Under the pieces are notes generated by a model. The model had not been told where the DNA came from. It saw only the letters and a list, made by a program, of their open reading frames with translations, and did no database searches. A stretch of DNA of 60,464 nt, filler included, from Vannella sp. (lineage: Eukaryota): NCBI GenBank assembly GCA_023345925.1. It is 5 parts of 5 records of this genome, joined end to end, with 100 filler letters (N's around TTAATTAATTAA, not from the genome) between each part and the next. Parts side by side here need not be neighbours in the genome. Positions count along the whole stretch, not along the records: positions 34,984 to 52,302 come from JAJQQN010001227.1; 4 more parts are not named here. One strand, written 5' to 3'. Shown piece by piece: positions 40,972 to 49,473 of this stretch. The first letter of the stretch is position 1. Every line of letters begins with the position of its first letter. The position numbers and the translations under genes are program-made.

Positions 40972-41325
40972 ATGGCACCCTCCCCCACTGAGACAGGATA
41001 TTTCGCAGTAGACCCAAAGCGAGATTGCCCTCATGTTGGGGAAGCAGTTGGGGAACAGGTTCTCAACTTGACGGTGGAAAGGGCTCGGGAGGTCACCACG
41101 AAGCCCTGTTTCGGTTGCCAAGAGACCAAAGAGAATTGGGTTTGTCTCTCGTGCAGTGCGGTCGGATGTTCTCGCTACCAACAGGGCCACATGAAGGACC
41201 ACAACAACTCCAACCGCAACCACACCGTTGCCATCTCCATCTCTGACGCCTCTTGCTGGTGCTATGCGTGCGAAGATTACATCACCAGCCCTGAGATCGA
41301 CAGAATCCTCCAATCTTTCGAATAA
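40972..41325 (+). CDS. Stand-alone ZnF-UBP (BUZ) ubiquitin-binding protein, HDAC6-type
   Basis: CPH..CFGC..ENWVCLSC..GCSRY..GHMKDH..H..WCYACEDY. Confidence 0.88.
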   Translation: MAPSPTETGYFAVDPKRDCPHVGEAVGEQVLNLTVERAREVTTKPCFGCQETKENWVCLSCSAVGCSRYQQGHMKDHNNSNRNHTVAISISDASCWCYACEDYITSPEIDRILQSFE

Positions 41326-41366
41326 AAGTGAACGGGAGGCTCCTCCAAGTGAACGAGAGGCTCCTC
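41326..41366. repeat. 20-nt direct repeat in a convergent intergenic gap
   Basis: AAGTGAACG(G/A)GAGGCTCCTC twice, 19/20 identical. Confidence 0.8.
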
Positions 41367-41379
41367 ATCGTTTCTGGAC

Positions 41380-42546
41380 TCAATCGGCTTTATCCGGAAA
41401 GACCCAAAGAAGCACGCTTGCCAGCCCGGCAAACAATAAGCCAATGATGCCTATCGTTAAACCTATCCGCATCCAGAAGCCGAGATGTTCCGAACAGGGA
41501 GAGGGAGTGGGACTCCCCATTTGAGTAGAGTTGAAAGGGGTGGGATCAGAATCTCCGCTGGCAAAGTAATGCTTCAGCAGAGGGCCATAAGGACCATTGG
41601 TACTGAGTATTGAGCGGCTCTTTGCTCCCCACTGGCCTGCAAAATGGAGCCAAAGTTGGGAAGGGTCGTCTCCCTGCAGCAACACCACATTATCCCACGT
41701 GTTCCATACTATCCCTAGAGCATCTGTGTAGTCGTCAAACAAGAGCAAAGGCAATCCGCGAGGGACGAATCGCCGATGACGCGAACAGGATTTGGTATAA
41801 CTGGCATGTCCTCCTTTGGCACTGTACACCACGTGGTGTGCTGTTCCCTCCACAAGGAGGTATCCACTATCATCAAGGGAGTGTTCGTTGGTGGGCTGGA
41901 AGTACCATTTGCCCTCCTGTCCATGACGAGCAAAGAAAATGGAAATAATGAATCCCCGTAACTCCTCCATACTGGCCATCTGCCACTCTTGAGCTGGATA
42001 GGAAGCGGGAATGAAGCTGAGGGCTTCTCTATGTAGCCTGACAGTTGTATGCTCCCAGTCTCCTTCGTGAATGCCAACGGAAGGTAGCCAATCGACGATG
42101 TTCCCATTGAAAGCATAGAAGAAGAAGTACTGGATAGCCACGTAATCCTCATGGTAGATGACATGCGCGTATACAGGGACTTTCCCTTCACTAAGGTCGT
42201 CAGGGCTGCTTCCAGCGTAGAAAGAAGGAGAGGTGAGACGCAAGAAGAACCGAGAGCTTTGCTCTGATGGCTCATTGCCACCTGAAGAGAAGACGTCTCC
42301 TTTGAACTGATGTTTGTGAAGATGAAGGTTATGAGTAGTAGGTGATTCATCGATGATCGAGGTCGCTTCTCGCTGCCACATCGAGAAAGGCGCCCACATT
42401 GCCACCCTCTCGTCAAAACAAAGCTCTGAGCGCTGTACAAACCACTCGACGCTCGCTGGATTCCACGGGTCGTTGCTAGAAAGTCGCACTTGAGGGGCGA
42501 AGAGCCTCACCAACACCTCTTCCTTCGTCCTTTCGCGCTCCTCCAT
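41380..42546 (-). CDS. Vps62-like protein with C-terminal transmembrane helix
   Basis: QYFFFYAFNG, HEGDWEH, YSAKGGHASY, WLHFAGQWG, GPYGP. Confidence 0.8.
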   Translation of the reverse strand: MEERERTKEEVLVRLFAPQVRLSSNDPWNPASVEWFVQRSELCFDERVAMWAPFSMWQREATSIIDESPTTHNLHLHKHQFKGDVFSSGGNEPSEQSSRFFLRLTSPSFYAGSSPDDLSEGKVPVYAHVIYHEDYVAIQYFFFYAFNGNIVDWLPSVGIHEGDWEHTTVRLHREALSFIPASYPAQEWQMASMEELRGFIISIFFARHGQEGKWYFQPTNEHSLDDSGYLLVEGTAHHVVYSAKGGHASYTKSCSRHRRFVPRGLPLLLFDDYTDALGIVWNTWDNVVLLQGDDPSQLWLHFAGQWGAKSRSILSTNGPYGPLLKHYFASGDSDPTPFNSTQMGSPTPSPCSEHLGFWMRIGLTIGIIGLLFAGLASVLLWVFPDKAD

Positions 42547-42725
42547 CTCCCCCTCCACCAAGAATGCCCGAATCTCCTTCCAGACCCTTCCAATACCTTC
42601 TTTATCGTCCTACTATGAATCAAGGCCACTCAATCAAAGGGCTAGGCAACCCTGCTTCTCAAAATTGGGAACTCTAAGTCGAAGAAGTCACCTTTGGGGA
42701 TGAATGAAGGTTTAGAGGGAAGCGA

Positions 42726-43322
42726 TTAGAGAGTGAGTAACGCGACGATTAGTCCGTAAAGGCCGAGAGACTCGCAGAAGACTAAGATGAGAGTCATAAT
42801 CGTGAACATGGCGGGATTGTGGGCAATTGTCGTGACTCCAGCCTCACCACAGATGCCGACGGCTATTCCAGAAGCTAGACAGCTCAAACCAACAGAAAGA
42901 CCACCTGCCAGACTGGAGTATCCGTCTGAGAGGGAGAAAGTGGCGAAAGAGACTAATTCACTTCATGTCAGTTCTGCGCCAATGCCAATGCCAATGCCTT
43001 AATAGAGTCACTCACCATTCTGAAGCACAATTACAGAGAAGATTAGGCCATAAATGGCCAGAACGCCGGCAATGATGATGGGAATGAAGACCTTCCCGTT
43101 TACCGGTTGGATCTTTTGGAAGCTCAAAGGTTGGTACTCGCCATTGGCGGTCACATCTTTCAAGGTGGCGATTGAACCATCCGAACAGGACTCCGATAGT
43201 TGTGCAACCTTGGCAATGCCGCGGCAAGTTCGGGCAGTGCCATAAGCGGAACCTGCCACAGAGAAGATAAGAGAGCTGGCCGCGCCAGCAAGGCCATAGA
43301 AGACAGCAGTAGAGTCAGTCAT
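42726..43322 (-). CDS. V-ATPase proteolipid subunit c, divergent, with apparent loop insertion
   Basis: GSAYGTA, IPIIIAGVLAIYGLI, intron, LAGGLSVGLSCLASG, LILVFCESLGLYGLIVAL (essential Glu retained). Confidence 0.9.
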
Positions 43323-43499
43323 GAGTGTTTGAGGGAATGTCTCTTGGAGAAGGATTCCCCCTTCACATTGCTGGACGAGAAATTTCCCACTCCAAGCGGA
43401 ATATTCAGACAGGAATTTTCGATTCCGACTCGGAAATGTCTGCGGTCACGTGACGTCCCCCTCATTGAACCATCTTTCGGAATTATTTCTGATTGATAG

Positions 43500-44213
43500 A
43501 TGATCATGTTCCATTTGATGATGTCATACAACGGGAAGCATTCGGGGGTGAACCAGAGGTTTGGGGGGGAGTTAACTTATTTGTTGGTCAACTTGCTTGG
43601 ACAGTTATGTTACTGCTTGTTGCACTTTGATGTGGCTCGCGCATCGATGACTATGACAGGAGACTTTGATCGCCTGTCGCTCTTTGTCGCTTTCAATCTT
43701 CTGGTGGTCATTCTTACCTCGATGATGCTTGTCACCCTCTCCATCAAGTTCCTTCAACTCTGGGTAGTGTCCAAACAACTCATTCTGGAACTATACGGCG
43801 TTCAAATGGTCCGCCGCTCCAGTTTGCTTGCTTGTACAACCATTATCCTGGCCTCTACTGCCCTGTGGGTGGGTCTGATAGGCCAAGTATGGATGTATGA
43901 TACCTATCAGGTAAACTTCCTCCTTTTCAATGCCTTAGCTGCGATGCTCCAGCCAAAAACTTTCTGCATCATCTTCCAACTTAGTCAGGAGGACTTGGTC
44001 CTGATCCTATTGGGCTTGTCAACCCTCTTTGGCGTCCAAGTCCTCTTGCATTATCTAATAGGGCACTTGATACTGCGCTTCGATGTTCTCGACCACCGAC
44101 TGATGAGGTCAGTGGCTTTCCTCCATCTGGGATCGCTGAGTAGCCTCCTTGTCCTTTACAACTTCTCTTCGTTGGCAGTGGTAACCATCTTACTTTCTCC
44201 TGTGCCTGCCTAG
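43500..44213 (+). CDS. Hypothetical multi-pass membrane protein
   Basis: 237-aa very hydrophobic ORF; the in-register antisense frame has many stops; no recognisable family. Confidence 0.4.
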   Translation: MIMFHLMMSYNGKHSGVNQRFGGELTYLLVNLLGQLCYCLLHFDVARASMTMTGDFDRLSLFVAFNLLVVILTSMMLVTLSIKFLQLWVVSKQLILELYGVQMVRRSSLLACTTIILASTALWVGLIGQVWMYDTYQVNFLLFNALAAMLQPKTFCIIFQLSQEDLVLILLGLSTLFGVQVLLHYLIGHLILRFDVLDHRLMRSVAFLHLGSLSSLLVLYNFSSLAVVTILLSPVPA

Positions 44214-44349
44214 ACGATTCTTGCAATCTTTGAGCCGCTCGGCATGAAAGTGCTGCCAGATCGCGATCGCGTGATTAAATAATACATTCACAGGAATATG
44301 AGAAGCAAATGAATAAACTTGAATACGAGGCCATTCTTTTGGTTGCGCG

Positions 44350-45270
44350 ATGCTCCGCTCTGTCTTCGCGCGAGCTGTCTCCCGACAGGTATGGATTTGG
44401 GCAAAACAGAAGTAAGACTCTGATCAATGCGATTTATTGGGGTTTAGACTGTCCGTTCGTACACGACTGTGGTTGCTGGCAATGGAACTGGAGGTTTGAA
44501 GGAACTTCAGGACAAGTACCGCACATCAGCCTCTGATATCCTCGCTGCGATTCCCCACGATGGAAACCAAGATGATGACGATGATTTGGATATGGGTGAG
44601 TGCGCTATAACCACTAACATGGTCGACCCTGCCTCTTGAGCGCCGCTGACCATTTTTTTCTTCAGAGGCGCTCTACACTCAGTACTACGACAACATTGGA
44701 GCCCACTCGAACCACCTCATTGCTAAGAAGAAATTCCAAGCTTCTCAGTTCTACCAGGAGCTGTACAACTACTACAACATCAACATGAGCAACCTGTCTG
44801 AGCCCTTCTACGCTGATACCCAGTTCCCCATCCTCAAAGAGATCTCTGGAAACAAGCCCGGAACAGAGGAGGCTTTCCTTGAGTACCTCGGAGACCTGAT
44901 GGGAGTTGAAGACGACCAAAGGGAAGAGTTCCAGCAGACTGTCCGTAACGGGGAGTATCTTCCTGATGAATCTTGGGTTCTGAAGCTTCAAGAGGACTTC
45001 ACCCGAATGGTTGAGGAGACCGAGGACGCTCACCAGGACGCCATTGACCAAATTGAAGCTGACTTTGGTGCTGATGTCCAAAACAGCGATATCCGTGGAT
45101 TCTACCCCCTTCTTCAACCCCACCCCAATCCTGAACTCTTTGCGCTCGAGAAGGAGTACATGATGACTCCTGAGGAGGTCCAGGAGTGGGACAGGATTGC
45201 CGAGATGCAACAACAGTTCCGCAATGAGGAAGCCGAGAAGATTCCCTCACTCGTGGATCCTTTTGAGTAA
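44350..45270 (+). CDS. Acidic hypothetical protein with mitochondrial-type presequence (2 introns)
   Basis: Spliced N-terminus MLRSVFARAVSRQ|TVRSYTT; joins in frame to ORF 44785-45270; C/T-ending codon bias. Confidence 0.7.
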
Positions 45271-45338
45271 TCTACGACCCTCACTGTTCATCACACCTCA
45301 AGTATCACTATAACGCCAATAAGAGCGCTTCAACAAGT

Positions 45339-45893
45339 TTATTCATGATTGTGGGGCTGGTGACATCCAGGGCAGTTCTGCTTCCAACTGCACGTTCCAT
45401 CCGAGTATCGTTCTTTCTTCCAGATCGGGACGGTCTGCTTTAGTCTGTCGATGATGTTGCTGCAAGCTTGAAGTGCCTCAGCACGATGAGCAGAGGACAC
45501 TGAAATGATCACAGAAGCTTCTCCAACGGGCACCAGTCCAACACGGTGGTACACTGCGATTGCTTGAAGGTCCCAAAGTTCACGCGCATGTTGGCAGAGT
45601 TTGAGCATCTCTTTCTCCGCCATTGGCACGTAAGCTTCATATTCGAGCGATTCGACGGCCTTTCCTTCAAAGGAATTGCGAGTTGTTCCAATGAAGTTGA
45701 CGATGGCACCTGCTTCGTCCCGCCCCACCAGCTGATTGATTTTGAGTAGGTCTAACGGATCCTCAGTAACGAGAATGTAGTCGCTTGTTGGTAGAGCGCC
45801 TTGTTCAGGGTGACTCTTATCCTCCGCTGACAGGAGGGATGATGGCGATCTCGTCTCCATTGGTGAGGACGTGAGGGTGTTGGCGGTCAACAT
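45339..45893 (-). CDS. MOCS2B: Molybdopterin synthase catalytic (large) subunit, MoaE-like
   Basis: GAIVNFIGTTR, LEYEAYVPMA, HRVGLVPVGEASV, SSAHR, LKQTVPIWKKE. Confidence 0.95.
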   Translation of the reverse strand: MLTANTLTSSPMETRSPSSLLSAEDKSHPEQGALPTSDYILVTEDPLDLLKINQLVGRDEAGAIVNFIGTTRNSFEGKAVESLEYEAYVPMAEKEMLKLCQHARELWDLQAIAVYHRVGLVPVGEASVIISVSSAHRAEALQACSNIIDRLKQTVPIWKKERYSDGTCSWKQNCPGCHQPHNHE

Positions 45894-46121
45894 ATTCGTG
45901 GTTTACGGAGAGAAGAAGCGATGCAATAGAGGGAGTGAGCTTTGGGAACTCAGTGAGGAGATAAAGATTGATAAAGTCCTGAGTATTGGTTCCGTGGGGA
46001 AGGTCAAACTCCTGTGTCGTGTCAGAAGCAGTAGAGTGGAGAAGAGAGGCCTTGATCAAACCTTTCGAGATGTTCCAGTTAGTTCTTTTGTTGATGCAAA
46101 GAAGAGGCAGGTCACAATCAT
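45817..46121 (-). CDS. MOCS2A: Molybdopterin synthase sulfur-carrier (small) subunit, MoaD-like, 1 intron
   Basis: MIVTCLFFASTKELTG, intron, ..VNHEYV..GDEIAIIPPVSGG* (C-terminal di-Gly). Confidence 0.93.
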
Positions 46122-46217
46122 GCAACAGCCACTCTCCTCGTAGAAAGCCGAGGAAAAAATGAAACTTCCAAGAGTTCTTGGAAAGTGGAGGCAGTGACGA
46201 TCAGGATAAGCAAGCCT

Positions 46218-46888
46218 TTATGCGTAACCAGTGAGTGGGGTATATTCGTCATCCTCCTTGGGGTTGGGAGCAGCGATACCGAGGATGAGGTGGATGACGC
46301 AGCCAACCACACCGATGACGATCAGATACCATCCATAGAACGTGCCCCATTGCATGTTACCTGAGTCTCCCCAGATGCTGTGGCAAGGATTATCTTTGGG
46401 TGCGGCAGTAGAAGCGGGGAATTCGCAGGTGGGGAACACCAGGGGGATGAAGAGCATCTCTAAGGCAGAAGCCAACGCCAGGATGAGGATGATGGTTCCG
46501 AAAATGCGAGCGCGGTTAGACCGGAGGGCAACAAAGACAAGGAGTAAGCATGTGAGAGCGTTGAGGAGAGAGCTGATCCCCATGACAACCAACCAGCCGA
46601 CAGAGTGTTCAAAGGTCACGTTGACGTTGGAGGCGTTACCATCAGCTTGGATTTGGTAGAGGAAGTGATAGAAGTAGCTGAATTTTGTGGGTGTTGGGGT
46701 ATCCACCTCCACTCGTACAACATACTGCGGGGAAACAAGTGCAACGAACAGGATGAGCATCGTAGTGACTAGCAACGAACCCAGGAGAGTCAGAACTACG
46801 GTCACCAATGGGTACCACCAACTATCATACCTGCCACCAGTCGCCTAGCAAGGACAAGGACCTTTCCGATAGTCGAGAAGCAACCCAT
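46218..46888 (-). CDS. Four-TM membrane protein, paralog 1 (claudin/amastin-like topology)
   Basis: Four hydrophobic segments; YFYHFLY, IPLVFPTC, PCHSIWGDSG..WG..GWY; first exon inferred with a short intron. Confidence 0.75.
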
Positions 46889-46987
46889 CAACCAAGGAAA
46901 CCGTCGCTGGAGGAAATGAGTATTCTCCATAATTGCACAATAATTGTGCTAGTGTACTTTCTTCATTGGGCAACTCGCACTTTGGAT

Positions 46988-47631
46988 TTAATAGTGATTT
47001 GTAGACAGGTCATTTTGGGTGCGAGAGCGGGGAGGCCGAACCAGACCGAGAATGAGAACGGCAAGGCAGAGAAATACAGCGCCACAGAGGATGTACCACC
47101 CTGCAAATGGGCCCCATGTGGTGTTACCAGACCTTCCCCAGATTGCATCGCAGGGGCCGGCTGAGCCGGTCGAGTTGGGGACTTGGCAGGTCGCAAAGAC
47201 GAGGGGGATCGTCAGGAACACTCCCAATCCAATCACAGAGAAGACTGTTGGCAGGCCTTGGATAACACCTCCCTCATTCCAGCCAAAGACCATCATACAG
47301 AAGGAGATGATGGAGTAGAGGCTGCTTATGAAGGGGAACCCCAAGATGGCAATGGCAGGGAGGTTTGCATGAGAGTACTTCCACAGGTGGAACCCGTGGC
47401 CCGTTTGGTAAGTGTAGAGGAAGTGAAAGTAGTAGACAATAGTGTGCGTCTCTGACATCTTCACGCGCACGTGGTACGGAGGGAGGCACGCAGCCATCCC
47501 CAAGATAAGCGGGCACACAGCTTTCAGTCAGCCTGTCAGTCAGAAAACCCGACCAAGCAGCTCCCAGACCCAGCCAGCTCACCATAGAGAACATGACGAA
47601 GCAATTCAAGAGGACCCTGATCTCCTGGCAT
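46988..47631 (-). CDS. Four-TM membrane protein, paralog 2
   Basis: YYFHFLY, IPLVFATC, PCDAIWGRSG..WGPFAGWY shared with the neighbouring gene. Confidence 0.72.
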
Positions 47632-47816
47632 GGCCACCAATTAATGATTAGATTATCATGAATGAAATGATAAATACTTGACATGGTGCTTGCTATCATT
47701 GGCCAATCAGAGTACAGAAGTCCGCGGTCTTGCCCTTCCGATTGGTCAAAACGGCATTTCTTCTTGGAGGTGGGAGGACCTTGTGGAAGGCGCTATTCTG
47801 ACTGGTCGGGAAGAAG

Positions 47817-49432
47817 ATGAATGCTGAGGGACAAACTCCCGCGTTGGTTCGGTCTGATGTGAACGTGATCAAGGAGGGGACGGTTTACAAGCTGGCCGGC
47901 TTCTTTGTCAAGACGTGGGAACCTCGCTGGTTCCGCTTACGTGGAAGGCAGCTTCTTTACTTCAAGAGCGAGTTCGACACTTCTGCTCCTCGTCAAGTCC
48001 TTAGTACGTTCTATCATGGTCCAGACACCATCTTTAATGCTTCTGGCAGATCTTCGTGGAGCTCGAGCCTTTCGTACGGCCGAAGGGAAGATCTCTGCAC
48101 GCACTCAGTACTGCGTGGAGATTCAGGTGTACGAGCCTGATCTGAAGAGCTACTTCTTCTGTGTAGACAGCGAGGATATCCTTGACGAGTGGGTAGTAGC
48201 CATTAATGGGGCTTCTGCGTATGTTATGAAGGGTAAGGACGCCACTGCATCTCTCCTAGACATGTGCTAACCATGCTTGCGCGAGCAGAGATCTGTAAGC
48301 TTCGTGGTCACGAAGAAATGGTACGAAAAGGAGCTTCTCTCGTTCTGTTGTCTAACAGGAGGGCTTGTTGGGACTTAGATCACTTGTACTGCGTTCTCAA
48401 TGGACTGTAAGCGCATGTTGACTGGTACTGGCTCTGGAAAGGTGAAGGTGTGGGATCTGCAGCATCTCAAGCTCATCGGAACCGTCGAAGCGCACCGTTC
48501 AAAGGTCACAGCTCTTGGCTTCTGCCAGCACAACCAAAGGATGTTCTCTTCTTCTTTAGATAGGACAGTGAAGATGTGGGATGCAGGCTCATTGAGCCTG
48601 CTGACCACCATCCAAGGATTCGAAGAGGGAGTGTCAGACTGCGTGGTCTTGTGCAATGGGCGTCAGGTGATTACAGGATCAGAAGGCGGAGAGGTGCAGG
48701 TTTGGAATACTTCTAGTCTCCAAACTGAGGGCTCTCTTCGGGGCCACAAGGGACCAGTGAGTTCCAGTTATTGACTTTTTTAACGGCGCTAATCCCCGCA
48801 GATTTCGCACCTTTGCATTTCCAGCGATGGAAATAAGCTTCTTTCTGTCTCAGAGGATGGTGCTGTGGTGTGTTGGAACCTTGAGGATCAAGTGGCAGAG
48901 GCGATGATTCAATCGCCTAACCCTGTAGGTTTTCGGCCCCTTTGGGCGGATATAGTCTGACATTCTTTAGCCGGTACTCCCTTCCTTATCTCCAGATGGC
49001 ACTCGCTTTGCTTTGGCTGGCAAGTCAAACACGATAGTCGTGTACAGTTGGGAAGAAAAGGTCGAAGTCAAGTTCCAGTTGAACCGACACAAGGACAAAA
49101 TCACTTCTCTGGCCTTTTCCTCAAATTCTGCCAGACTTGTCAGCTCTTCTCGTGATCGGTCCCAGCTAGTTTGGGATGTCCTTCTCAGCGGTCATTTGCT
49201 CTCCGACTTGAGCGGACAAAAGGACGCAGTCCGCCATTGTGGGGTCTCCAAAAACCAGCAATTGATGCTTTCTGTATGTGGTACTGAAGTGACTGTATGG
49301 GACTTCCAGTCTATGGAGGCTATTTCCACTTTAGATCATGCGTCACAGGTCATGAAGTCCTTCTTCATCCCAGATAATTCTGGAATCATCTCCCACCAAG
49401 ACAATGGAACGATGATCGTTTGGTCCCTCTAA
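47817..49432 (+). CDS. PH domain + WD40 repeat protein, multi-exon
   Basis: KEGTVYK..TWEPRWFRL..EWVVAI (PH); intron from 48233 (GTAAGG..GCTAAC..AG) bypasses the stop at 48268-48270; GH..WD repeats follow. Confidence 0.8.
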
Positions 49433-49473
49433 ATTGCTCCTTTTCCCATGGATGGAGACCATTCTTTATCAAG

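Noticed and set aside
42978..42998. (GCCAAT)3 repeat as CCAAT boxes or a GIGIGIG coding motif
   Set aside because: Lies within the V-ATPase c intron; simple microsatellite
43500..44213. Alternative genetic code reading of the minus strand
   Set aside because: All three stop codons interrupt that frame, and well-supported genes in the window end with TAA, TAG and TGA
48268..48276. PH ORF stop followed almost immediately by an ATG, suggesting a second bicistronic pair
   Set aside because: Both lie inside a plausible intron (GTAAGG donor, GCTAAC branch point, AG acceptor) that fuses PH and WD40 in frame
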